From a bacterium (GTDB taxonomy: Bacteria > SM23-31): a stretch of 64,000 bases of DNA. Under the pieces are notes generated by a model that saw only the letters and a program-made list of their open reading frames with translations, had not been told where the DNA came from and did no database searches. The DNA lies in the NCBI GenBank assembly GCA_965249485.1, contig OZ252239.1, forward strand, positions 2,656,001-2,720,000. Direction: 5' to 3'. Below, one piece after another: positions 19,151-28,803 of this stretch. Position 1 is the stretch's first letter. Every line of letters starts with the position of its first letter. The translations under genes and the position numbers were made by a program.

Positions 19151-20227
19151 TCAGTCTTTCATTCTTTCCCATTCGTCAAGCGGCATGTCCTGTGCAAGTT
19201 TAAGTCCCCCTATAGCACCAGCATATTTCGGCTCATCCACATTATGTACTTTGATAGAGCCGATATCCGACAGTACTGCCTCAAGGATATTATCTAAACC
19301 TCGTATCTTGCTTCCACATCCGGCCAATACGATATTTCCCCTTAGTGATTCCTGATATTCCAGATCAAAATTCGTAATGAGGTCCCTTACATTTTTTACA
19401 ATATCAGGTATAATCGATTGACACGATTCATGCAGTTCTTTTGTAACATCATAATTTACAGCCTTACCGCTCACAAGAAAGTCTGCCGTAATATCCTGCA
19501 GTTTTTTACCAACAAAACCGTGCTTTTCTTTAATTTTCTTAAGCACGAACTCGGTAATGTAGGCATTAGGTATGCGTGCTTTCAGCAATTTGTAAAACAT
19601 CGTGTCTATATGATTACCTGCTTTGTAAATGGTTCGCTCATCTTCTTCTTCAGGAATTGATCCGTGCATTCTGCATATATCAAGCGTACCGGCACCAATA
19701 TCGATAATAATACCAAAACCATACATCCCCATACCGTAAAAAACTAGAAATGGTTCTGAGACTACCAGAATTGCATCGACAAGCCCGCTAAATGCTTTTA
19801 CGATTGCCTGCTTATCTTCTTGCGATACCTGAGCAGGTGCACCAACAATTGCGTATACTTTTTGCTTTTCTTTTTTGCCGATAAGTGAATTAAGATGTTC
19901 AACAAAACCAGCAATTGATTCTTTCTGTTTAGAATAATCTTTATGGTTTCTCTGTAGAGAAATGGTTCCCTTTTCTAATGGATAATATAAATTCAAGGAC
20001 ATTCGATTGTTGTAACATTCATCACCGAAAACAACTGGTTTTTTTAACAATCTGTATGATACGAGATCTTTGGGATAACCAACAACACTTGCAACATTAA
20101 TTAGTTTTCCGGTACTTGTTGCAATTGCACTCTGGGATGTGCCAAGATCAATACCAACGAATAAATTGTCTGATTCCTGCAATTGATCTGTCTGAATTTC
20201 GACAGTTTTTTGTTCTGAATTTTCCAT
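19151..20227 (-). CDS. mamK: MamK-like bacterial actin
   Basis: LFVGIDLGTS, SVVGYPKD, YPLEKG, VVSEPF, IDIGAGTLDIC, GSIP, KAGNHID, KEKHGFVG, NIVLAGCGSKIRGL and GGLKLAQDMP..W are collinear with my recollection of Magnetospirillum MamK motifs rather than MreB. Confidence 0.85.
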   Translation of the reverse strand: MENSEQKTVEIQTDQLQESDNLFVGIDLGTSQSAIATSTGKLINVASVVGYPKDLVSYRLLKKPVVFGDECYNNRMSLNLYYPLEKGTISLQRNHKDYSKQKESIAGFVEHLNSLIGKKEKQKVYAIVGAPAQVSQEDKQAIVKAFSGLVDAILVVSEPFLVFYGMGMYGFGIIIDIGAGTLDICRMHGSIPEEEDERTIYKAGNHIDTMFYKLLKARIPNAYITEFVLKKIKEKHGFVGKKLQDITADFLVSGKAVNYDVTKELHESCQSIIPDIVKNVRDLITNFDLEYQESLRGNIVLAGCGSKIRGLDNILEAVLSDIGSIKVHNVDEPKYAGAIGGLKLAQDMPLDEWERMKD

Positions 20228-20262
20228 GTAAGTCTCCTGCTCTCATATTCATCGGACTATCG

Positions 20263-20337
20263 TACCCCTGGCAGGATTTGAACCTGCGACCAAAGATTTA
20301 GGAAACCTCTGCTCTATCCTGGCTGAGCTACAGGGGC
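20263..20337 (-). tRNA. tRNA-Arg (anticodon CCT), CCA not encoded
   Basis: GCCCCTG acceptor stem, D arm GCTC/GAGC, anticodon loop TTCCTAA, T arm GCAGG-TTCAAAT-CCTGC. Confidence 0.93.
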
Positions 20338-20616
20338 GATCGTGATAAACAGGTGTTTTGTTGGAGGATATCAAAAGGTGCGCATAAACAAAATTAGAAT
20401 ACATACATTATACAATATATTGAAAAATACTTTTTTTCCAAACACAATTTGTACTCATATAATTTTTGATATGATGAAGTATGATGGAAATCTTGATTTT
20501 AATTTTGACGTAAGCACTTAGAATGGAAAAAGAGAAGTATCCAATCGTTACAGATTATTAGAGAGGATATACTACAGATATGTCAACAGAATTTAAAGCG
20601 GATAACATTTACTCAA

Positions 20617-21294
20617 TTATCCATATTTTTCTTTAAACTCATCATATTTGTACAATATAAATTTACCCTGTTCTCTTTTTATTATTCCCTCTTCCTCGAA
20701 CATATGCATAACACGTGATATTGTTTCTCTGGATGTGCCTGCCATATTAGCCAAATCCCGCTGAGATGGTAAATTGTCTATATATACAATGACATTTTTT
20801 ATAGTGCCTCTATCTTCCGCGATTTGGAGTAGTGTAATAGCAACTCTTCCCGTCGCATCAAAAAGCGAAAGACTTTTTATTTGTGTATCTGATTTACGTA
20901 ATCTGAAGGCGAGTTCTTTCAAAAGCCCAATAGCAATAGTCGGCTTTTCTTCTATGAGTTTTAGAAAGTCTTCTCTCTCAAGTAAAAAAAGTTCAGCTTC
21001 TGTAAGAGTTATGACATTTGCTGAGCGTGCGAGTCCATCCAAAAGTGAGAGCTCCCCGAAAAAATCACCTTCGCCGAGTATCGCGAGAATAACCTCTTTT
21101 CCGGATTCACTCACGCGGGAAATTTTAACCTGTCCCTTATTAATAATAAAGAGTGTGCTGCCTTTGTCTGTTTCAAGAACTACGGCACAATCTTTTTGAT
21201 ATGTCTTTGTGCGAAGACACGAATCCAGTTTTTCAAGTTCCTGAGTCTCTAACTCTGCAAACAATGGTATTTGCTGAAGGATTGAGAGAGGCAT
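20617..21294 (-). CDS. Crp/Fnr family transcriptional regulator
   Basis: cNMP pocket FFGELSLLDGLARSA and HTH LANMAGTSRETISR. Confidence 0.93.
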   Translation of the reverse strand: MPLSILQQIPLFAELETQELEKLDSCLRTKTYQKDCAVVLETDKGSTLFIINKGQVKISRVSESGKEVILAILGEGDFFGELSLLDGLARSANVITLTEAELFLLEREDFLKLIEEKPTIAIGLLKELAFRLRKSDTQIKSLSLFDATGRVAITLLQIAEDRGTIKNVIVYIDNLPSQRDLANMAGTSRETISRVMHMFEEEGIIKREQGKFILYKYDEFKEKYG

Positions 21295-21327
21295 TCTACT
21301 TTTCCTGTCTTTTATTAAAACGTATTA

Positions 21328-22095
21328 TCAAATTGCTAAACGAGAATAAATTTTTTCTATTCCAATTAGCGTGAGATTTGGTTCAAAAGATTTAATAATC
21401 GACGTTTTTTCTATCATGAGATTCCCCAATCCACCTGTGGCAATCACCAAAGATTTTTGGCCAAGTTCAGATTCAATTCTGCTGACAATGCCCTCAATAG
21501 ACGAAAGGGCGCCAAACATAATTCCGGCTTGAATGCTTTGTTCCGTACTCTTTGCAATAATTGCTTCTGGGAACCTCAGTTCAACTAATGGCAATTTTGC
21601 TGCTGTTTTATGAAGATACTGGGCCGCTGTCTCGAGTCCCGGTGATATAATCCCTCCTAAATATTCTCTATTTCCGGAAACAACATCAAACGTAGTCGCA
21701 GTGCCAAAATCGATGATTATAAGAGGTCCACCGTATAACTCTAATCCGGCCACCGCATTGCAAAGTCTGTCTGCTCCTACAGATGTCGGATCATTATACC
21801 GATTTACTATACCAATGTCTAAATCATTCGTTATCTCAATTATCTTTATATCGGTAGCTTTTTTAAAATTTGAAGTAAATAATGGTGTGACCGAAGGCAC
21901 CACCGATGAAATTGCAATATTTTTTATCTCTTTTATATCTATATTTGCATTTGACAGCATGGATTGAAGTACAATATGCCATTCGTCTTCTGATCGGTAC
22001 GCATGACTATTAAGCCGCCACCGGTTGCATAATACGTGCTCTTCAAAAACACCAAGCACTACATTAGTATTACCAATATCTACAGCTAATAACAT
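21328..22095 (-). CDS. coaX: Type III pantothenate kinase
   Basis: MLLAVDIGNTN, SSVVP, VGADR, DFGTATTFD and ATGG. Start moved to ATG 22095. Confidence 0.94.
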   Translation of the reverse strand: MLLAVDIGNTNVVLGVFEEHVLCNRWRLNSHAYRSEDEWHIVLQSMLSNANIDIKEIKNIAISSVVPSVTPLFTSNFKKATDIKIIEITNDLDIGIVNRYNDPTSVGADRLCNAVAGLELYGGPLIIIDFGTATTFDVVSGNREYLGGIISPGLETAAQYLHKTAAKLPLVELRFPEAIIAKSTEQSIQAGIMFGALSSIEGIVSRIESELGQKSLVIATGGLGNLMIEKTSIIKSFEPNLTLIGIEKIYSRLAI

Positions 22096-22207
22096 CTCAT
22101 CTCTAAAAAGAATATTATGTTTGTAAATTAAATATACGAATCCATATTCATTAATCACAAGAGAATTATCCAAAGAATCACTCAATATGTTCAATCAATA
22201 GTTTTTC

Positions 22208-22236
22208 TTGATTTTCTTAGTTCTTTTGGTCATACT
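22208..22236 (+). promoter_or_regulatory. sigma70-like promoter candidate
   Basis: TTGATT-N17-CATACT upstream of the amidase gene. Confidence 0.35.
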
Positions 22237-22322
22237 TAGCATTTAACATTGCAATATATTTGTTTTCAATGGTCACAATATTCAATTTACTCACATAAAT
22301 TCACAAATAAATTCAGAGCAAG

Positions 22323-24677
22323 ATGTTTAGAAAAATCCGCATAACCAATTGCCTTCTTACTGCTGCAGTGATTTTCATATTTATATTCATATCATGTGCA
22401 CGAGTTCATGTTAGAGACGTTTCGTATACTGCATTAGTAGAACCATTTGAAAATCTTGATACGTCACCGCTTGAAAGTAGAATTATCGTACTTGATGCTG
22501 GTCATGGTGGCGATGCTTTCGGAGCTGTTGGTTCCAAGGGACTTGAAGAAAAAAATATCAATCTTGCTGTTGCTCTTCGTCTGCAAAGTTATCTTGAAAT
22601 TGCTGGTGCACAGGTAGGAATGACCCGGGAAAATGATAGGGATTTGATTCTTTCAGACATTGATTCCTTACGGGGAAACGACCTTGATTATCGGGTACGC
22701 AAATCAAACGACTCCGAAGCCGATCTATTCATTTCGTTGCACCATAATTCTCGACTGCCTATAGATAGACGTTTTAATGCAATAGAAACGTATTACAAAA
22801 TGGAAGACTTTTATTCCTCGAAGGATGCGGCCAAATATATTCATAAACATCTCGTGACTAATCTGCAAATCCCGGAGAACCACCTCAGGCCGGGTAATTA
22901 TTATGTACTGCGTAACAACACAAGAACAGCGGTCTTAGGTGAGGCATCATATATATCGAATCCGAACCTTGAGAAAAAACTCATTAAACCCGAAAGTATA
23001 GATATTGAAGCAAAGAGTTATTTTTTAGGAATACTTGATTATTTTTCCAGAGGTGTTCCAAGCATATCGAGCCATATACCTGAGCAGAATCAAATTCTTC
23101 AAACTGCTTTGCCGGATATTGCAATAACAATTCTCGAAGACCGGTTTGGCGACGGAATTGATCCTCAAATGATCACATTAACCGTCGATGGAGAACCGGT
23201 ACCATATATTTACAACCCTCCATCAATTTCAGCTAAACCACAACAACCTTTAAAAAATGGACCGCATACACTGCTCGTTTCAGTAGCAAATCTGAAGGGA
23301 AATCATTCACTACTCTATAAATCTCAATTTGAAACTAACGCCCTGCCGTCAGTAATGTTCGCAACTCACTTTCCAGAGACCATTCCTCCGGATAAATCAA
23401 CTCTGATTCAAATTCAGGTCGATGTACTCGATACTCACTATAATACGGTTCGTGATAGCACAATCGTTGACTTAAAATTCGGAAATAATAACAATAATCA
23501 ACAAAGCACCTATACTCGCAATGGGAAAGCCTACTTTTATATCAAACAATCCGGAGAAGCTAATTTGCCGTTTTCTCTTATTGCCGGTGAAATAATTATC
23601 AATGATGAAATACACACCCGACCTCTCCAAAGTGCTCATCTTTGGATAAATGTACGCGAGAAATCAAAGCTTGACAAAAACAATCCTCTCATAAAGGCTA
23701 GTATTGAAATCGACGGTACTATCCAAAATTATTCCGATCAGGAAGGCACTGTTTTTTTGAATAATTATTCTAATGGGTCTTACACAATTAGTGGAAGGAA
23801 AAACGGATACTATCCCGAAGTTCAGACTCTGACAATTGATCAAAACAATATATATACCGTTAATTTCAACCTTGATCCCATGTACGACAGGGCACTTCTG
23901 GGAAAAAACATTCTAATTGATCCTGAATTTGGTGGACTTGTGCCAGGCTCATCAGGTCCAACTGGTCTGCAAGCTTCGGATGAAAATATGGAAACTGCCC
24001 GGTATCTTGTTGAATACTTGCAGAAGGCAGGTGCGAGAACAGAATTGACCATTCAACCGGGAGACGATCTTTCACCTTATTCACGGGTGCGGAGGGCAAA
24101 TGCAGCGGATAGTGATTTATTCATATCATTACGAAGGTCTTACAGTAAGTCCAACAACGTTACCGCTTTTGCTTATCCGACAAGTACGCAGGGAAAAATT
24201 CTAGGTTCACTCATATTAAACAACTTCAGGAGATATGCGAATCAACAGACGTATGGACCTGTTGAGGCCGCTGATTATGTATTACAACAGACGGGAAGCC
24301 CCGCAATCATTGTGGATCTTGGCGGAATTGCTGATCCTCTGATTGAAAACATACTCTACGGAACACATATTAACAGACAAGAAGCATATTTAATCTATGC
24401 TGCATTATTGGATTTTTATTCGGGAGACAGAGCCCAATGGGGAGAAATAAGCGGTACTGTAATGACGGACAATGGCCGTCCGGTTGCCAATGCTCTTATC
24501 AGCTTAGATGAAGAAATTGTTGTTCAAACAAATGAAATGGGTCATTTTCAATTTATCAATATCGAACCGCGTACACATGAATTGTCAATTTCAGCTTACG
24601 GGCTGCAAAAATATGTAGAAACGTTTGTCCTAAACACTCGAGAAAATATATTGAAAAATATCACACTTAAAAAGTAG
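22323..24677 (+). CDS. Lipoprotein N-acetylmuramoyl-L-alanine amidase (Amidase_3), Ig-like domains and a second degenerate amidase domain
   Basis: Lipobox-like FISC. Domain 1: LDAGHGG, EKNINL, ISLHHN, LGEASY. Domain 2: IDPEFGG, ISLRR, IIVDLG. Confidence 0.85.
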   Translation: MFRKIRITNCLLTAAVIFIFIFISCARVHVRDVSYTALVEPFENLDTSPLESRIIVLDAGHGGDAFGAVGSKGLEEKNINLAVALRLQSYLEIAGAQVGMTRENDRDLILSDIDSLRGNDLDYRVRKSNDSEADLFISLHHNSRLPIDRRFNAIETYYKMEDFYSSKDAAKYIHKHLVTNLQIPENHLRPGNYYVLRNNTRTAVLGEASYISNPNLEKKLIKPESIDIEAKSYFLGILDYFSRGVPSISSHIPEQNQILQTALPDIAITILEDRFGDGIDPQMITLTVDGEPVPYIYNPPSISAKPQQPLKNGPHTLLVSVANLKGNHSLLYKSQFETNALPSVMFATHFPETIPPDKSTLIQIQVDVLDTHYNTVRDSTIVDLKFGNNNNNQQSTYTRNGKAYFYIKQSGEANLPFSLIAGEIIINDEIHTRPLQSAHLWINVREKSKLDKNNPLIKASIEIDGTIQNYSDQEGTVFLNNYSNGSYTISGRKNGYYPEVQTLTIDQNNIYTVNFNLDPMYDRALLGKNILIDPEFGGLVPGSSGPTGLQASDENMETARYLVEYLQKAGARTELTIQPGDDLSPYSRVRRANAADSDLFISLRRSYSKSNNVTAFAYPTSTQGKILGSLILNNFRRYANQQTYGPVEAADYVLQQTGSPAIIVDLGGIADPLIENILYGTHINRQEAYLIYAALLDFYSGDRAQWGEISGTVMTDNGRPVANALISLDEEIVVQTNEMGHFQFINIEPRTHELSISAYGLQKYVETFVLNTRENILKNITLKK

Positions 24678-24706
24678 TCTTTATTCAATATTTATATTTA
24701 TTTTCT

Positions 24707-24744
24707 AAAAAAAGCGGTATGACTCCTGTTGAGACATACCGCTT
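24707..24744 (-). terminator. Terminator between convergent amidase and korB
   Basis: AAGCGGTATG...CATACCGCTT stem followed by a T run on the minus strand. Confidence 0.7.
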
Positions 24745-24766
24745 AATATTGAAAATATTTCAAATT

Positions 24767-25927
24767 TTAAATTCGCTGAAATGAGCTCATCAAATCTTGT
24801 ACTGCAGTTTTTCGGTTTGGATTTTTTATATCCCGTTTTGCAAGAGCACGAGGCCCGATTTTTTCAGCCCAAAGGAGTTCAAGAGGGAAAATTGTTGGAT
24901 CCTCAAAGTATACTCCCTTGTAACACTCCCGCTGCCCATCTTCAGGATTAACACTCATGTATCCTTCAAGTCCGAGAGCATATGCCTTTTTATTTTTTTC
25001 AATTCTCTCTTCATGTGACCTGACAACCGGATCATAATCGGGAGCTAAATCGCTCAAGTCTTTCATTCTTGTTTTGAAAAAATCAGCGGTGAAAATATTG
25101 TTGTATGTGGGGCACGGCTGTAACACATTGATAAAAGATGTGCCTTTATGTTTTACTCCTCTATTCAGAGTTTCTACCAGATGCTTCACCTGATTACTGT
25201 AACTCATGGCAACGAATGTATAATGGCCTGCTATCGCAGCAGCAATTGGATTAATACCTTCTTTAATAGCAGGTGCTGCCATTGATTTTGTCTGCATATC
25301 TCTCAGCATCGTCGGTGATTGCTGGCCCTTTGTCAGACCATAGACTTGATTATCGAAGACAATGATTGTCATATCGAGATTTTTTCTGCCTGCATGAAAA
25401 AAATGGTTTCCACCGATTCCGAGACCATCTCCATCACCAACAGTAACAACGACCTCTAAATCCCAATTTGCAAGTTTAACGCCTTGTGCAACAGAAATCG
25501 CTCGACCGTGCAGTGTGTGAAATGTATAGAGCTTGTCTAATTGGTTAGTGATTTTGCCAGAGCACCCTATTCCGGCAACTACCATGACACTACTCGAAAC
25601 CAAACCAGCCTCAATCTCTTTCTTTTCAATTCCGGTTTGAAAAGCAATATCCTCCGCTTCTCCTTCGTCTTCCGTTATAATATTGAGATCAGTTGTCACA
25701 CCGTTATCGTTAAAATGAGCGATTGTTTTTCTATATTCCGGATCACTACGTAATTCTATGATTGATTTGGTAATTGAAGTTCTAATTCCGTTATCTCCAC
25801 ATCCGGGACACCAGTCATTAGTACTGGAATTTACGAGATCGGAACTCTTCACTATATTCTTTGGTATGCTCTTGTCAGATGCTTGTACATTTACATCCTG
25901 AACTTCATTTTGTGTTGAAATCGTCAT
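24767..25927 (-). CDS. korB: 2-oxoacid:ferredoxin oxidoreductase beta subunit
   Basis: WCPGCGD, GIGCS, TLHGRA, GDGD, YGLTKGQ.SPT and QPCPTYN motifs. Confidence 0.92.
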   Translation of the reverse strand: MTISTQNEVQDVNVQASDKSIPKNIVKSSDLVNSSTNDWCPGCGDNGIRTSITKSIIELRSDPEYRKTIAHFNDNGVTTDLNIITEDEGEAEDIAFQTGIEKKEIEAGLVSSSVMVVAGIGCSGKITNQLDKLYTFHTLHGRAISVAQGVKLANWDLEVVVTVGDGDGLGIGGNHFFHAGRKNLDMTIIVFDNQVYGLTKGQQSPTMLRDMQTKSMAAPAIKEGINPIAAAIAGHYTFVAMSYSNQVKHLVETLNRGVKHKGTSFINVLQPCPTYNNIFTADFFKTRMKDLSDLAPDYDPVVRSHEERIEKNKKAYALGLEGYMSVNPEDGQRECYKGVYFEDPTIFPLELLWAEKIGPRALAKRDIKNPNRKTAVQDLMSSFQRI

Positions 25928-27906
25928 ATGCGTTCTCCGAAAATTGTGTCGAGATTTTTGTCGGATTCAAGTTTTTTAATACAGCTATAAATTTCTTCAA
26001 CTGAAAACGGTCGTGCGTTTTCTTTTAATAATCTTTTGTCAATATTTAAACCAGTCATCGATCTGATATGCAGTTCCATCTGTCCACGTTTACCGAATGA
26101 GCCATTATCGAGTGCAACACTCAGTCTGTTTTCTTCAATATTAATAGATAGTTTAGCATTTTCGATATATTGGCGTACTATTTTTGAAGGAAACGGGCTT
26201 GCGTATTTAATTTGCAAGAATTGTACTTTATATCCATCTTCTCTTAATTTTCGCATTCCATCAAGAATCGGTCCTTTTGTGCTGCCCCAGCCTATCAAAC
26301 TGATATCAGCATTTTCGTCGCCAAAAATACTGACCCGCTTCTCTTCTGGTACTTTATTCGCCAATTCCTGCATTTTTTTAAAACGTTTATCATTGAATTT
26401 AATTCTATTATCTGCATCATCGGTAATTATACCATATTCTGTATGTTCATCAGAAGTGCTGTTATACTCACCACCGGGAATCCCTGGAAGCGACCGCGGA
26501 GATATACCGGTGTCGGTCAATACATATCGTTTGAATTCTCCGTTCACTTTGCCGTTTGTATTAAAATCTTTAAAAGTAAGAATTTCACCACGGTCTATGG
26601 GAACCTTATTGAGGTCAAACGGTTCAACTGTTTCAGTTGAGTTCATAATGTGCTTGTCAGTCAGATAAATCACCGGCATCTGGTATATATCGGCAGTATT
26701 GAATGCCTCTTGTATCATATAAAATGCATCTGTTACATCACCGGGGATCATAACAATTCTCTCAGCTCCACCGTGACTTGCATACAACGAAAGCATTAAA
26801 TCGGACTGGTCACCGCGCGTCGGCAAACCGGTACTTGGTCCCGGGCGCTGTGCTACCATTACAACAACAGGATCCTCTGTCATAACCGCCATACCGAATG
26901 CTTCTGATTTCAAGTCGAAACCCGGTCCGGCTGTCCCTGTCATCGCACGAACACCGGTCCTGCCAGCCCCTACTGCAGCGTTCATTGCAGCAATTTCATC
27001 TTCAGCTTGTTCAACAATAATTTTTGCTTTCGTTTTCCACTCATCGAGCAAATCGCCGGTATCGGATGCAGGTGTAATCGGGTAGTATGTGTAGAACTGC
27101 ATTCCCGCATTAATTGCCCCGAGAGCGACTGAATGTGTACCCTTTAAGAGTAATCTGTGCTCGCTCTTTTTAACTTTATCACTCCGGTCAACAATTTTCA
27201 TGTTAAATTTTTGTGAAAAGTTATCCTGAATATAATCAAATCCAATTTTTGCGGCTTCCTTATTTAAGGGGATTAACTTCGGCTTTTTCGCAAATGAAGT
27301 TTCAATAACTTTGTTGACCATTGATATGTCAGCCCCTAATACGGCGTAAGTTGCTCCCAGTATTGCTGTATTAGTCATCTTTGCAAGCACTGCCGGCTTA
27401 GTCTCTTTAGCATTTGAAAGCTTTTTAATGAGGGTAGAAGCAGGAATTCCGTAGGCAAGAATGTCTCCTTTAGTTATTTTATCGACAGCTTCGTTAACTG
27501 TTTCCTCATGATCAAAGTTTTTTTTGATGTTCTCGGAATTGTAAAGTACCGCTCCACCCGGCCGTACTTTATCGAGTACATGAGTCATTGCATCCCCACC
27601 AAGCAAGATTGCAATATCACTTAAATCGTGATGCGAATGGACAGGATTTTCCGATACAATAACACGCATGTAAGAATTTCTGCCCATAATGTTCGAATGG
27701 TATTCGATGTTTTGAAAAACGAACAGCCCCATACTTGCTGCAGCAGAACCATACATATCTCCAGCAGTATTAACACCTTTTCCCTGCTCCGCACTGATCA
27801 TCAAGCTTATTTCATTGACAATCATATCATCACTCGACTTACTATTACTTTCGAGTGGAGCATCTACCTCAGAAGACACATCAATTGAATTAGTGTGTGT
27901 GGTCAC
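25924..27906 (-). CDS. korA: 2-oxoacid:ferredoxin oxidoreductase alpha subunit (gamma-alpha fusion)
   Basis: YPITPAS, QAEDEIAA, QRPGPSTGLPT and WGST motifs; GTG start after GGAG. Confidence 0.92.
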   Translation of the reverse strand: MTTHTNSIDVSSEVDAPLESNSKSSDDMIVNEISLMISAEQGKGVNTAGDMYGSAAASMGLFVFQNIEYHSNIMGRNSYMRVIVSENPVHSHHDLSDIAILLGGDAMTHVLDKVRPGGAVLYNSENIKKNFDHEETVNEAVDKITKGDILAYGIPASTLIKKLSNAKETKPAVLAKMTNTAILGATYAVLGADISMVNKVIETSFAKKPKLIPLNKEAAKIGFDYIQDNFSQKFNMKIVDRSDKVKKSEHRLLLKGTHSVALGAINAGMQFYTYYPITPASDTGDLLDEWKTKAKIIVEQAEDEIAAMNAAVGAGRTGVRAMTGTAGPGFDLKSEAFGMAVMTEDPVVVMVAQRPGPSTGLPTRGDQSDLMLSLYASHGGAERIVMIPGDVTDAFYMIQEAFNTADIYQMPVIYLTDKHIMNSTETVEPFDLNKVPIDRGEILTFKDFNTNGKVNGEFKRYVLTDTGISPRSLPGIPGGEYNSTSDEHTEYGIITDDADNRIKFNDKRFKKMQELANKVPEEKRVSIFGDENADISLIGWGSTKGPILDGMRKLREDGYKVQFLQIKYASPFPSKIVRQYIENAKLSINIEENRLSVALDNGSFGKRGQMELHIRSMTGLNIDKRLLKENARPFSVEEIYSCIKKLESDKNLDTIFGERI

Positions 27907-28279
27907 CGATAAACTCCTTGATTTATGATACTGATTATTTGTGAAAAAGTACTATAAAAACAATAAATAATATGGATTACTATATCACAAAACGCACAAT
28001 ATACAAATTAAAATCCCTAAATGCATTAAAAAATGCATTATGATACAATTTGAAATACGGCTTTTTTTTCTTATGCGATTACATTTGAATTTTGATCAAA
28101 TAAATTTGTATATTTTCATTGAATTAAGAGCAAACAGTCCCTCATTTTATATCGTCGGTTATTTAGAATTTATAAACTAAATATTACCTGAGTCAAATGA
28201 TTCGCGAAAAATAATTCCTGAGATTTAGTTTATTTAAAGGATTCGGTACAAAAAATGAGGAATTTACCCATTTCTTATT

Positions 28280-28696
28280 ATGTCTGGTAATTTTATGAGC
28301 AAACTTATCTCCAATATTAAAAACTCCTTCCGGAATATCTGGGTTTTTAGGAATATTCTCATTACTTGGATAGCGCTTGTTATTTTGCTGCTTGTTGGTC
28401 TTCATTTCAAGCTCGATACACATTTGATGGTAATTGGATTATCTATAATTGCACTTTTAACAAAGGCTTTTACCGGATTAATGATGCTTGTAAGTATCAT
28501 CCCCTTCATTGGTCCTTTGCTGGTTAAAATTTTATCTCTTCCTTTCTTCTGGCTTCTCAATGCACTCGGATACTTTGCCAGCCTTTTTGCAATAAAAAAG
28601 GGTTATGGCAAAAGTGTAATATCGTACAGAATCTTAACGATAGTATTTTTGACTGGCGTATCACTTGGATATGTTTTGGGAAGAGTTATTCATTGA
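28280..28696 (+). CDS. Hypothetical integral membrane protein
   Basis: 138-aa ORF with about four hydrophobic segments; GAGG upstream. Confidence 0.7.
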   Translation: MSGNFMSKLISNIKNSFRNIWVFRNILITWIALVILLLVGLHFKLDTHLMVIGLSIIALLTKAFTGLMMLVSIIPFIGPLLVKILSLPFFWLLNALGYFASLFAIKKGYGKSVISYRILTIVFLTGVSLGYVLGRVIH

Positions 28697-28803
28697 TGTG
28701 GATTGTTGAATAGTAAAAATCAATTGAAGATTAAACGAAAAATTAGTATACTAGTTCCTTCCTAATTCAACCGTTAACCCATAATTATTGCAATTATTAT
28801 CAT

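Noticed and set aside
16060..20227. A full magnetosome gene cluster
   Set aside because: No mamA/B/E/I/L/M/O/P/Q-like ORFs are recognisable in the window, so magnetotaxis cannot be claimed from this sequence.
19151..20227. Ordinary mreB or plasmid parM
   Set aside because: Lacks MreB-typical GTANT/EPSVVA motifs and mreCD neighbours; no parR/parC repeats were seen.
26036..26668. 210-aa plus-strand ORF and other antisense ORFs inside long genes
   Set aside because: Fully nested antisense to well-supported genes such as korA, with no recognisable domains.
28015..28100. AAATGCATTA tandem and FNR-like TTGAA-N5-ATCAA upstream of korA
   Set aside because: Wrong spacing for FNR/CRP and too short to support.
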